Source: an uncultured delta proteobacterium (GTDB taxonomy: Bacteria; Desulfobacterota; BSN033; UBA1163). From it: a DNA stretch of 64,000 nucleotides. Position 1 is the stretch's first letter. Each line of letters begins with the position of its first letter. Below the pieces are notes generated by a model. That model saw only the letters and a list, made by a program, of their open reading frames with translations, was not told the origin of the DNA and searched no databases. Shown in pieces: positions 49,473 to 59,479 of the stretch. The stretch lies in contig CAWHBU010000002.1 of the NCBI GenBank assembly GCA_963827685.1, forward strand, positions 320,001 through 384,000, in the 5' to 3' direction. Position numbers and translations under genes: made by a program.

Positions 49473-51362
49473 TTAATATAGCAAGCTCCACAGGGAACCA
49501 TCTGATGCTTGAACTATAATGCCCAAATATCCTATGGAAGGGAGATAGGCCATTCCTGGAGAAGAAGGTGTGCTCCCGGAAATATTGCCCCAATCATTAT
49601 TGAAGCTTCCACTCGAATTGAAGGTTCCGAACCAGATCGAATCATTAGATGCCCTCGCGAGGATACAGACTTTGGATGTCGAAGCATCCCAGGCCAGCGC
49701 AGGAGAGGAAGGGGTCGCCCCAGGGATGGGGGTCCAATCATTATTGAATACCCCACTTGAATTAAAGGTTCCAACCCAAAGGGAATCATTCGAACTACGT
49801 ACCACCATCTGAAGTTCGTTGGCAACCGGGTTCCAGGCCAGCGCAGGAGAGGAAGGGGTCGCCCCAGGGATGGGAGTCCAATTATTATTGAATACCCCAC
49901 TTGAATTAAAGGTTCCAACCCAGATCGAATTATCCGAACCACGCACCACCATCTGGAGTATGTTGGCTACTGAGTTCCAGGCCAGAGCTGGAGAGGAAGG
50001 GATCGCCCCAGGGATGGGGGTCCAATCATTATTGAATACCCCACTTGAATTAAAGGTTCCAAGCCAAATCGAATTATCCGAACCACGTACCACCATCTGA
50101 AGTTCGCTGGCAACCGGGTTCCAGGCCAGGGCCGGAGAAGAAGGTGTTGCTCCAGGTATCCATGTCCAGTCGTTGTTAAAGACTCCGCTGGAGTTGAAGG
50201 TTCCAGCCCAGATCGAATCATTAGTAGCCCGGACCACTAAAAAGAGTTTATTGACTGCGGGATTCCAGGCCAGAGCTGGGGCAGACGGTGTACTTCCAGG
50301 GAGAGAATTCCACTGTGGAGAAGCGTTGAACGTCACATTAAGGGTCTGGAATTGTCTGGAATACCAATCTGAATAACCCGACTCATGCATGATACAACTG
50401 TAATTCATATGCATCTTCATGCGGAAAAGGCCATTCGGCCTGCCACTGGTAGTTCCCCAGCTGTTCAAGACAATCCAATACTGCTGCGTAGGGTCAGTAG
50501 AGCTATCATCGTAACCAACGATCAAGACTGCGTGCCCTCCGCCCTGATTGTCAACCCATGTATGGCCACAATAGACGTCCGGATCCCAGATGGCAGTCTC
50601 GGGTCGATTTTCCCAAAAGTCATAGAATCCATTCCAGTCAGTGTTGTCGGCCAAATAAAAGCTAAAATAGATTCCTTTATTCGAATTAAGGACGGCCTTG
50701 ATATTGGCAATCGGTGTCGTATCGCTGGGATACCCCGTTGTACTAATGGTTGTATGTGAGATGGAGGTAATGGCGTAATTCGGAGTGGTCGAAATGCTGG
50801 CGCAGGGCACAATGGTTGAACCGCGCGAACTCGGACATGTGTATGTATAATCCGAGCCATCCTGAAAAGAGGCATTCGTATTGGACCAGGGAATCGCGTA
50901 ACCCGTTGAAGCATACCAGGTTGAGAATCCGGTCAAATTCCCGCCACAACAAGCATAGCTATCCGTCTTGCACGAATCGAGAAATTGCGTAGAAAGCCGG
51001 TCGTGAACACTATTCTGGACATCAAGAGCAATCTCCATGACCCCGGTTCCTGCCCAGACCCAGCAGTTACCGCAGCCTCCCTGATTCCGACCGGTTGGTG
51101 TATACTGAATATGGCTGAGGAGACTGAGCGAGGTCTCAACCCCTGCTGCTTGAGCCTGAAGGAGATATGAATGGATCTCCGGATTGATCTCTTCCCTGGG
51201 GGCTGTTTCGTACTCCAGTACCCATTGATGAAGAGTCTCTGGATCAGGCCGCATAATCGGTAATGCAGTATTAGGAAATGGCAAAGTCTCCTGAGCAAAA
51301 ACTGCACCACTTAGAACCAAAGCCAGCAAGAGAACAATAATTCCCCGAGCCATCTTTTTCAT
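49473..51362 (-). CDS. Secreted papain-family (C1A) cysteine protease with 6 x 48-aa C-terminal propeller repeats
   Basis: QGGCGNCW, GGHAVLIVGYDD, WIVLNSWG; 144-bp repeats at 49476-50312. Confidence 0.88.
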   Translation of the reverse strand: MKKMARGIIVLLLALVLSGAVFAQETLPFPNTALPIMRPDPETLHQWVLEYETAPREEINPEIHSYLLQAQAAGVETSLSLLSHIQYTPTGRNQGGCGNCWVWAGTGVMEIALDVQNSVHDRLSTQFLDSCKTDSYACCGGNLTGFSTWYASTGYAIPWSNTNASFQDGSDYTYTCPSSRGSTIVPCASISTTPNYAITSISHTTISTTGYPSDTTPIANIKAVLNSNKGIYFSFYLADNTDWNGFYDFWENRPETAIWDPDVYCGHTWVDNQGGGHAVLIVGYDDSSTDPTQQYWIVLNSWGTTSGRPNGLFRMKMHMNYSCIMHESGYSDWYSRQFQTLNVTFNASPQWNSLPGSTPSAPALAWNPAVNKLFLVVRATNDSIWAGTFNSSGVFNNDWTWIPGATPSSPALAWNPVASELQMVVRGSDNSIWLGTFNSSGVFNNDWTPIPGAIPSSPALAWNSVANILQMVVRGSDNSIWVGTFNSSGVFNNNWTPIPGATPSSPALAWNPVANELQMVVRSSNDSLWVGTFNSSGVFNNDWTPIPGATPSSPALAWDASTSKVCILARASNDSIWFGTFNSSGSFNNDWGNISGSTPSSPGMAYLPSIGYLGIIVQASDGSLWSLLY

Positions 51363-51396
51363 AGCGAACCTCCTTGGTCAGTTAAAAAGGCAGTCT

Positions 51397-51861
51397 TCAG
51401 TTTCCCTTCATGTCCTCGGGAGCAATGGAAGGAAAATCGAACAACATGGGTGTACAGGTTCCTCTTACAATCACTTTCAGAGTGCAATCAAGAACCTTAC
51501 CCACTTTGATGTCATATTTCTCTAAAAAATTCAAACCTGGATAATAGTTATGGTTGAGCAGCAACAAGAATTCTCTTCCTTCGGTCTGCGCAAATGGTTC
51601 TTCAATCTTCTGGTCAGGAGTGAACCTAAATCTCACCTCATACCTGTCGCTCGAATAACCGGCAGGACGACCTATTGGCGTGATGGAAACGACCTCCGCG
51701 CGTCCTTGATATTGCTTATACTGGCAGTCTCCCCCAACGATTCTTTCTCCGACCACTTTATCTTCTGAACAAGCCGAAAAGGCAAAGATAAGAAGAACAA
51801 TGAAGCCTATGCTCGTTAGCATAGCTTTTTCCAGACAAATTGGCTGCATTTTATGTGCCAC
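51397..51861 (-). CDS. Hypothetical lipoprotein
   Basis: Lipobox FSAC; GGDCQY..RGTCTP. Confidence 0.6.
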   Translation of the reverse strand: MAHKMQPICLEKAMLTSIGFIVLLIFAFSACSEDKVVGERIVGGDCQYKQYQGRAEVVSITPIGRPAGYSSDRYEVRFRFTPDQKIEEPFAQTEGREFLLLLNHNYYPGLNFLEKYDIKVGKVLDCTLKVIVRGTCTPMLFDFPSIAPEDMKGN

Positions 51862-52552
51862 AGATCTAAAATATTTAACCTAATGATTTCTTGCGCTTTT
51901 TCAAATTGTTGTAAAATCCATCGATTCAGAAATGACAAAAATTGCCAATACCTGAAAAAAATTGTTTCTCTTTACAGATGAGAAAGATTTTTGGCAGCCT
52001 CCTTTTTTGATGGAGCTTTCGATTCAGACATAACGGGAGTTAGAATTTAAGTCTTCCCGCAATTCAGGAACGGCAAGCAAAGTAAGGTCTAAGATAAAGA
52101 TCCCTTCCGATGAATCAACTGGTCATTGAGATACGTAATGCCTATTATAAACATCATGTGTTTTTTTTTCAACTAAAATTTTGGACTTTTTAGGCCTATA
52201 ATTTTTCGAGGTGAATATCATCGACTAAAAAAGGCATTGACTCTCTTGTGGAGGCTTTCTAAAATAGGGAGAGTTGGTTGTTTAAAAAAATTTGTATCCT
52301 TTACTCGCGATCATTCAAAGTCAAAAACTCGGTGACAGCGAAAAATAGTTAACGCGGAGGCTATTTGTATACTTCTTCGGCATTGGTGAATGGTTCCGGG
52401 AAATTGGCGTATGGCTAATAATCTTGAGGGCCTCGAGGGTTGTCATAAACGTACTCATCTTGGACTTCGATGGGAGGCCATTAAGCGATACGTTCAGACA
52501 AACAAATGGAGGACTTTGTGGCCTCAGAATTGGCGAGTTTAAATAACGAAAT

Positions 52553-53695
52553 ATGAAGATTCTTCTTAATGGATTAGCCATCGTGTATCCGATTTCTGGA
52601 ATCGGTCAATATACGCTCCAGCTCGGTAGAGCTTTGGAAGCTCTTTTAGGTCCTGGAAAAATCTTTTGGTTTGGGGGAAATTCGTCGAGTGACAGGGATG
52701 ATCACCGTGATAATAAGGATTCGGGTTTAATCAATCGTATTCGTCATAGGCTAAAAAATGAGCTTCGTAAAATACCGGGTTTGAAAACACTGATTCACAC
52801 TTGGCGAAATAATCAATTTAGATCCTATAATCGAGGGATCAAGCCATCCCTGTATCATGAGACAAACTATGTTCCATTCTATTTCGAATACGGGCCCACC
52901 ATTATCACTGTTTGCGATCTTTCCTTCGTAAGGCATCCGGAGTGGCACCCGTCAGATAGGGTAAAATATTTTGAGAAATATTGTCTGAAAAAACTTTCTC
53001 AGATGGAAGCCGTTATCACCATTTCGGCCTTTAGCAAGAAAGAGATATTGAATTTGCTAAATGTGGATGGAGCCAAAATTTTTGTAACCCCTTTGGGGGT
53101 GGATCGAAGTTTTATGCCGAACGGGAAACGGATGCAAGGACTTCCAGATCAGTACCTCCTTTTCTTAGGGAACCTTGAACCTCGAAAAAATTTGCAAAGT
53201 CTGCTAACTGCCTACAGGTCTCTTCCCCGAAATTTGCGAGATCGATATCCTTTAGTGATAGCTGGAGCTAAAGCGTGGCCTACAAACAAATCGGAAAATA
53301 CGCTTCGTTCCTTTCGGGGAGATGAAAAAATCGTTTTTACTGGTTACGTTCCTCAAGTTCTGCTTCCCGATCTCTACAGGGGGGCATCGCTCTTTGTCTA
53401 TCCTTCCTTTTACGAAGGGTTCGGTCTGCCAGTGATTGAAGCGATGGCTTGCGGCGTACCCGTTTTAGCCTCAAATACAACTTCCCTTCCCGAAGTAGTA
53501 GGTGATGCCGGAATGCTCGTAAATCCTTATAATATTGATGAGCTTAGGGAAGGGATGATAAAGCTTCTGGACGATGAAAAAATGAGGATTGAAATGTCGA
53601 GCAGAGGTTTGGAAAGGGCTAAACTATTTTCATGGGATAAATGTGCCAAAGAAACCTTAGCCGTTTACGAAAAAGTTCTTGGTGAAAGGAGGTGA
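52553..53695 (+). CDS. GT4 glycosyltransferase
   Basis: [20 protein letters not shown]. Confidence 0.9.
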   Translation: MKILLNGLAIVYPISGIGQYTLQLGRALEALLGPGKIFWFGGNSSSDRDDHRDNKDSGLINRIRHRLKNELRKIPGLKTLIHTWRNNQFRSYNRGIKPSLYHETNYVPFYFEYGPTIITVCDLSFVRHPEWHPSDRVKYFEKYCLKKLSQMEAVITISAFSKKEILNLLNVDGAKIFVTPLGVDRSFMPNGKRMQGLPDQYLLFLGNLEPRKNLQSLLTAYRSLPRNLRDRYPLVIAGAKAWPTNKSENTLRSFRGDEKIVFTGYVPQVLLPDLYRGASLFVYPSFYEGFGLPVIEAMACGVPVLASNTTSLPEVVGDAGMLVNPYNIDELREGMIKLLDDEKMRIEMSSRGLERAKLFSWDKCAKETLAVYEKVLGERR

Positions 53696-53818
53696 GTTAT
53701 CTCGGTAGATGGTTTAATGGTGGTTCATTTGATTCATTGCGGGTTACTTTGCAAAAAAGCAAAAAAGTGAATTGAGATCATAGCTATTATCCATAACTGG
53801 CTTACTGGCATGGAGTGT

Positions 53819-55930
53819 TTATCTTTTCTCCTCGATAACAAGCGATTGTATCGCAATTGCCAACAAGCGTTCATCCTCATTTATTCCCAATTCCTTAGGG
53901 GTAGCGGCTCTGGGCAAATGGAATGCAATCTTCAAGATGTCGTGATTTAGGATGGATTTTGGAATTCCTATCGAATATTCTCCAAAACTCCTGATCTCCA
54001 ATGTACCCACGGCCTTGTCGTTGACTGAAACGGTCACTGTTTGTGAGGTGATATTCGCTCCGAGCAGGGGAGAGGCGCGCAATTTCAAAACCAGATCAGC
54101 GGTCGCCGGCATTACCCATAATCCAATAGAAGCGAGATTTCCCTCCGTCCAGGTAAAGCCGTCTTCCAGATCGGAAAATCCACCGCAGATTCCGTATTGG
54201 TTTGCGTTTCCATGTTTCCCAAATTTGATTTGATCTCCCCAAGCATATTTCTTTACCGATTTCTGAATGTCCGTGTAATGGGGAACCCACGAGCAGCCAT
54301 CCCAAGAATGACCTCGTATCTCAATTCTACTTTGCAATTCGTATTGATCCTTTTCCTTATCATATTTCGAATATAGGAAAAATAATCTCGGTTTCTCATC
54401 CCAGCGCCGTCCAAGAAAGGATTTCCCTGATGGATTTAAATTGATTTCCTGCTCTATTGCTTCTTTGAGATCTCCCAGACTCATAGGAACATCGTTGATG
54501 GTTAGATGACCCCTCCGCTGAAAGGGTTTGACTAAAACCAAGGGTATTCCGTTTGCCTGCCACCATTTGATATTCCGGCAGAAACCGTTAAACATCCCAT
54601 TCTCGGGTAATTTTATTTTCAGTCCCTGCGCTCCTGCTCCATGGTCGCCGATGATGAAAATCAGCGATTGGTCATAAACTCCACCCTCCGATAATTTTTG
54701 GAGGAAACGCGTAACAATTCTTAACGCCGCTTTAGCTTGTCTTTTAAAGCTCTCCCGGTTAGCGGGCATCCTTTCATATTCCAGGTTTTCATTCAGAACG
54801 AACGGCCTGTGTGGAATGGGGAGGTGGAAAAGTTTAAATGTTTTTGGTTGGTCCTGGAAAGCAAAGGGGGCATCCTGGAATTCCGTAGATTTCGAAATAT
54901 GATCTTCGTGAAGCCATTTCACGAGGATTTGATAATAGGTGAATTTGAAGAAATGAGGGAGACAATCAAAGATGGAGATTTCATACAGTTGTCGGCAGGA
55001 TGGAATCGCATATTCAAACGAGAAAAAAGGTTTTGGTCGTATGTTCGAGATCAGTCTCTCGTCAAAATAGACAGCATATCGGAGCTGGGGAAATAGATCA
55101 ACCGAATATCCCGCCTCTTTCAATTCCTTTAATATGGACTTTGTCAAGTAGATATCCGGTAGTTGCTTTTGAAAGGGCCGGCCGAGATCTAAATATTCAC
55201 CGGTTAGAATATTGAAAGTCGAAGTCTCGGTAAAAGGATACGTTGCTGCGGCGTTTCGGTAATAGGAAAAACCATCAAATGAATCGGCCACGGAGGGAGT
55301 TTCGCTGATAATTTCCTGGAAGACATCACTTTGAAAGGCGTCGAGAATTAACACGATAACATTTTTTTGCGTGGAAAAAGTGAATTTCCTTTCATTGGTT
55401 AACAAATATTTTTTAAAACTTGGCGTGTCCGGTTGGTTGATCAGCAGGATCGCGGCCGCGATAATTTGAATGGTCATGAGGACGAAGCTCCCCTTGATGA
55501 CGACTTTTTTGAATAACATTTCAAATTTGAAGATGCTCAAAGCAATTCCTAAAAGCCAGATCGGACTGTCGATGAGGCCATAGACTATTTTTCTGTTCCA
55601 ATCGATTGTTGCATCAAAGCTCCCGTATTCCCATGGTAAAAGATTTCCTTGGCACCAGAAAAGAACGGACAAGATGAATAAAAAGGAAATGACCTTTTTG
55701 TATAAAGTCCCATGCAATCGAGAAAGAAAGAGAAACAAACCTAAGTTGGCTAAGAGGAGGATCGGAAAGAGGAAGCGGCAAAGCTCACCAAATTGAAAGG
55801 GAAATTCTCGAGAATCATGTAAGTAAACAAATGCAGGACCGAAAAAAAGGAGGGTCAATGTGAAGGATAAAGAGATTAGAAAGGAAGTATAAGACTTATG
55901 ATCATGATTGTTATTCAATTTCGGTCTCAT
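53819..55930 (-). CDS. Membrane-anchored sulfatase/alkaline-phosphatase-superfamily protein (LtaS/EptA-like topology)
   Basis: About 5 N-terminal TMs; NVIVLILDAF, YPFT, HLPIPH, IGDHG. Confidence 0.75.
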   Translation of the reverse strand: MRPKLNNNHDHKSYTSFLISLSFTLTLLFFGPAFVYLHDSREFPFQFGELCRFLFPILLLANLGLFLFLSRLHGTLYKKVISFLFILSVLFWCQGNLLPWEYGSFDATIDWNRKIVYGLIDSPIWLLGIALSIFKFEMLFKKVVIKGSFVLMTIQIIAAAILLINQPDTPSFKKYLLTNERKFTFSTQKNVIVLILDAFQSDVFQEIISETPSVADSFDGFSYYRNAAATYPFTETSTFNILTGEYLDLGRPFQKQLPDIYLTKSILKELKEAGYSVDLFPQLRYAVYFDERLISNIRPKPFFSFEYAIPSCRQLYEISIFDCLPHFFKFTYYQILVKWLHEDHISKSTEFQDAPFAFQDQPKTFKLFHLPIPHRPFVLNENLEYERMPANRESFKRQAKAALRIVTRFLQKLSEGGVYDQSLIFIIGDHGAGAQGLKIKLPENGMFNGFCRNIKWWQANGIPLVLVKPFQRRGHLTINDVPMSLGDLKEAIEQEINLNPSGKSFLGRRWDEKPRLFFLYSKYDKEKDQYELQSRIEIRGHSWDGCSWVPHYTDIQKSVKKYAWGDQIKFGKHGNANQYGICGGFSDLEDGFTWTEGNLASIGLWVMPATADLVLKLRASPLLGANITSQTVTVSVNDKAVGTLEIRSFGEYSIGIPKSILNHDILKIAFHLPRAATPKELGINEDERLLAIAIQSLVIEEKR

Positions 55931-57315
55931 CGGGCTTCGTGCTTTTCAAGAAAATAAATGGACCGGTCCGAACCCTCAATTTGTTTGGAAGATCTAATTT
56001 TGAAAAAAGGGGCGAGAGCTCTCTCAAAATGATCCTGAGTATAATCAGAAAAAATGTCCGTGCGGGATCTGAGAAGCCATTGTGCCCAGGAGTCACTTTT
56101 GGGGACATACTCGATGATTAACCATCGGCGACAAATGGCTGAAAAAAATTCCGCAATTTTCGATAAAGGCAGATTATTCGAGATCGCCAGATGATGAATC
56201 AATGCAAGGGCCATTACAAGGTCTGCCGGTCCTCGTTCGACCAGGGATGCCCTTTCTGCATTCCACCAGCCGATTGCCGGGGAAGGGTTGAAAAGATCGA
56301 CAATTAAAGGAAGCGTATATTTTTCTCCGTTGGCTTTGCCCCAAAGGTAATTCTTTTCTATCGCTCCTGGGTCTGCGTCCAAAGAGATGACGGGTACATT
56401 CCTTACGGCTGCGATCCGACTGAAAATGCCGATATTCGCACCAAGATCCCAAATGATCTTGGGCTGAATTTGTTGAATCATTTCAGAAACCAAAACTTTT
56501 TTGTGCTCAAATGATCGATCTTGATAGTTCATGTCTCGATCATACTCACTCCATTCCGTCCCTTTGGGCTTCCACTCTAAATGATTCACCGATGAAACAA
56601 GGCTATCGATGAGAGCGTAAAGTCTGGACTTGTGGATCTCGACCCTTTTTTTTGAGAATGTGCGAAAATATTTTTTCTGGACCCAGGCGTGAAGATGAAT
56701 ATGGAGGAGGAGAAAAAAATGGAGAAATGTTCTCTTAGGGAGGAGTTTCTGGGTAAGATCCAGCGGGAGCCCATCAAGAAAAACCTTTGTCAATTGGTTG
56801 AGCCGTACATCGGTCTGGCTCATGAGGGCAAGGGGAGCCAAAAAATGCTGGCAGAATTGACGGTAGCCGATCCAGGCTTGCCCTTCAACATATTTTGTGA
56901 AAGAAAGCGTATCGATTAGAATGGGTCCCCCATCCTTAAATTGGATATTGTAGGCGCTTGCATCCCTAAGGATACAACCATATTCTAACGCGATTCTCTG
57001 GATGTTGATCGTCGCCAGGGCAGCATCTTTCAGCTGGCTGAAGCACCACTCATACGGATAGGAAATGAAGGGGAGGAATTCCGGTCGAATAGTCTTAAAG
57101 AGAGTGGGGTCGTCATTGGGAAAGAGATGAACTTCTTGATGGGGCAAGAGGAGTTTCTCCCGGAGTAGCCTTTCGTAGAGACCCGTAGCAGTCAGTGCTT
57201 CATAATCTTCTTTAAAGGAAATGTTGATTCTTCTGTATAATTGCCCTTCATAGAAAAAGACGGAACCGCTGGGATCTCGAAAGGATCCAGGGTGTTGAAT
57301 CATGTCAGTCTTCAT
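55927..57315 (-). CDS. NoeA-like protein: kinase-like N-terminal half plus SAM methyltransferase
   Basis: SFRDPSG, ISYPYEW, LRDASAYNIQF, IDTLSF; WDLGANIG, LALIHHL. Confidence 0.8.
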   Translation of the reverse strand: MKTDMIQHPGSFRDPSGSVFFYEGQLYRRINISFKEDYEALTATGLYERLLREKLLLPHQEVHLFPNDDPTLFKTIRPEFLPFISYPYEWCFSQLKDAALATINIQRIALEYGCILRDASAYNIQFKDGGPILIDTLSFTKYVEGQAWIGYRQFCQHFLAPLALMSQTDVRLNQLTKVFLDGLPLDLTQKLLPKRTFLHFFLLLHIHLHAWVQKKYFRTFSKKRVEIHKSRLYALIDSLVSSVNHLEWKPKGTEWSEYDRDMNYQDRSFEHKKVLVSEMIQQIQPKIIWDLGANIGIFSRIAAVRNVPVISLDADPGAIEKNYLWGKANGEKYTLPLIVDLFNPSPAIGWWNAERASLVERGPADLVMALALIHHLAISNNLPLSKIAEFFSAICRRWLIIEYVPKSDSWAQWLLRSRTDIFSDYTQDHFERALAPFFKIRSSKQIEGSDRSIYFLEKHEAR

Positions 57316-57520
57316 CGCAATTCTTCTTGAAGAACCTTCCGACCCATTTTTTCAATTTCAGCAAGTAGGTCCTCAAAAGAAACAGGCTGGTCACAATTGC
57401 CGCAATGATCGCTTGGACGATATAACTCCCGGTTCCAAGATCAATGTAGGCATGGGCCTTATTTGCTACCCCTAGTATCAAGATAACCGCTGTAACGAAG
57501 GAAACATACGTTTTGGACAT
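57305..57520 (-). CDS. Small membrane protein with AYID(P/L)GTGS motif
   Basis: Signal-like N-terminus, AHA-YIDLGTGS, TM helix, basic tail; overlaps next gene. Confidence 0.75.
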   Translation of the reverse strand: MSKTYVSFVTAVILILGVANKAHAYIDLGTGSYIVQAIIAAIVTSLFLLRTYLLKLKKWVGRFFKKNCDED

Positions 57521-57538
57521 AAGATTAAATCACTATAA

Positions 57539-58264
57539 CCTTAATTGAGTTAAAAAAACATAACGAATTTTGCATAAATAACTGGAAAAGTCTTTTAAGA
57601 TCGGGGTAAAAGCAATGTGGACTCAAAACCAATACCCATCTCCAGAAAGGCTTCATAGATCAGATATAATAAACCGAGCTTAATTGCAAGAAGAAACAAA
57701 CTCCTTCCCAGAAAATTTATCCGGCAAGATAGGACCACCTATTCAGGATTAGCCTTAGTAGACCATGTGTTTCGGTTGTACCGGCTCCATGCCCGGATCA
57801 AAGAGACCTTTAAGCATTATCATTTTTCAGGGGATTCCCATATCGGCGATATCCTTTTTGTCCTCTTGGTGATGCTTCTTTTGGGAGCGGAACGGCTTCA
57901 GCATATTGATTACCTAAGGAGCGATCCTCTGTTCTGTCGGGTCGTGCGCTTGACACGGGTTCCTCATTGGACCAAGATCTCGACGGCCTTGAAACAATTT
58001 ACTTCGGATTCGTCAAAAGCCCTCATCGAGGCCAATGCCGAGTTGGTCATCGAGAAGCCTCGGTCCCTCGGCAGGATAGACATTACCCTTGATTTGAACG
58101 GGACCGTTGTCAGCACCAAAGGTCATCCCACATGGGAAAAGGAGCATGATGTTTTTATTTTTTGGAAAAAGGTCCAAAAAACCGGTAAACACTTTCGGGC
58201 AGACCTTGGTTGGGTTTCTCAAGGGACACAAAAATTACTTTCAAAAACATAAATTTGAATCCGG
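57539..58264 (+). mobile_element. IS1380-family relic (transposase N-terminal fragment; ends approximate)
   Basis: TYSGLALVDH..LLGAERLQHIDYLRSDPL..ITLDLNGTV; candidate ends CCTTAATTGA / TTGAATCCGG. Confidence 0.6.
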
Positions 58265-58363
58265 AAGGGAAATAAATCAACGTGGGTTTACAGTTGGATG
58301 ACACTTGCCAAAATTCAGAAAAAATGGTAGGAGACGGATGATATTGAAAGGAATGGGTCGATC

Positions 58364-59479
58364 ATGAAGATGGCTATTATCCACGACTGGCTCACTGGCA
58401 TGAGGGGAGGAGAGCGGTGTCTCGAAGTTTTCTGCGAGATTTTTCCCCAGGCTCATCTCTACACCCTGGTATACACCCCCGGCTCGGTTTCGTCTCTTAT
58501 CGAGCAGATGCCGATTAAAACCTCCTTCATCCAGAACCTCCCTTTTTCGAAAAGGGGGTACAGAAAATACCTCCCTTTATTCCCAATGGCTATCGAGCGT
58601 TTCAACCTGAAGGGATATGACCTGATCCTGAGCTGCAGCCATTGCGTGGCCAAAGGCATTATCCCCCCACCCGACGCGCTCCATATCTCTTATGTGCTCA
58701 CACCGATGCGATATGCCTGGGATATGTATGGAGAATATTTTGGGGAGAGCAAGAATAGAATGATCCCCTTTTTTCTTCATTATCTAAGGATGTGGGATGT
58801 GACATCGAGCCAGCGGGTGGATCATTTCATATGCATATCAAAACATGTGGAGAATCGGATAAAAAAGTATTATAGAAGGAAGGCTGAAGTCATCCGTCCT
58901 CCGGTGGATACTAAACGATTTAGACTTCAGGACAAAAAAGAGAATTATTTTCTTACCGTCTCCTCCTTTGCCCCTTATAAAAGAGTCGATCTGGCTGTGG
59001 AGGCTTTCAATCGATTGGGTTATCCTTTAAAAATTATTGGTTCCGGTCAGGATGAGAAAAGGCTCAGGTCGAAGGCCAAATCGAATGTGGAATTTTTGGG
59101 ATGGCTGCCGGACGAAGCGGTTGCGGACTGGTATTCGAGATGTCGAGCCCTGATCTTTCCCGGGGAAGAAGATTTTGGTATCGTCCCTCTCGAAGCGATG
59201 GCCTGTGGCAAGCCTGTGATTGCCTATGGTAGGGGAGGGGCATTAGAAACGATCGTCCCATATGGTCAAGAGGTCAAAGCCGGAGGAGAGACTGCGACAG
59301 GTCTTTTCTTTTATGAAGAGACCGTCGAGTCACTAATCGCTGTGGTGGAGCATTTTCTTCAAGTGGAGGGGAAATTCGATCCCTTGGCTATCAGGAGCCA
59401 TGCCCTTCAGTGGGATCGGGAAATTTTCAAAGGGAAGATTAGAAAAAGTATTTTTGAGAAGATGGAGTCAAAATGCTAA
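58364..59479 (+). CDS. GT4 glycosyltransferase (WbaZ-like mannosyltransferase)
   Basis: HDWL..MRGGER, TPMRYAWD, EEDFGIVPLEAM. Confidence 0.9.
   Translation: MKMAIIHDWLTGMRGGERCLEVFCEIFPQAHLYTLVYTPGSVSSLIEQMPIKTSFIQNLPFSKRGYRKYLPLFPMAIERFNLKGYDLILSCSHCVAKGIIPPPDALHISYVLTPMRYAWDMYGEYFGESKNRMIPFFLHYLRMWDVTSSQRVDHFICISKHVENRIKKYYRRKAEVIRPPVDTKRFRLQDKKENYFLTVSSFAPYKRVDLAVEAFNRLGYPLKIIGSGQDEKRLRSKAKSNVEFLGWLPDEAVADWYSRCRALIFPGEEDFGIVPLEAMACGKPVIAYGRGGALETIVPYGQEVKAGGETATGLFFYEETVESLIAVVEHFLQVEGKFDPLAIRSHALQWDREIFKGKIRKSIFEKMESKC

Noticed and set aside
49509-50376. Alternative-frame and antisense ORFs over the protease repeats
   Set aside because: Shadows of the 144-bp coding repeat.
52321-52546. 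Possible gene remnant ending GLCGLRIGEFK before the GT4 gene
   Set aside because: Too degraded to assign a family.
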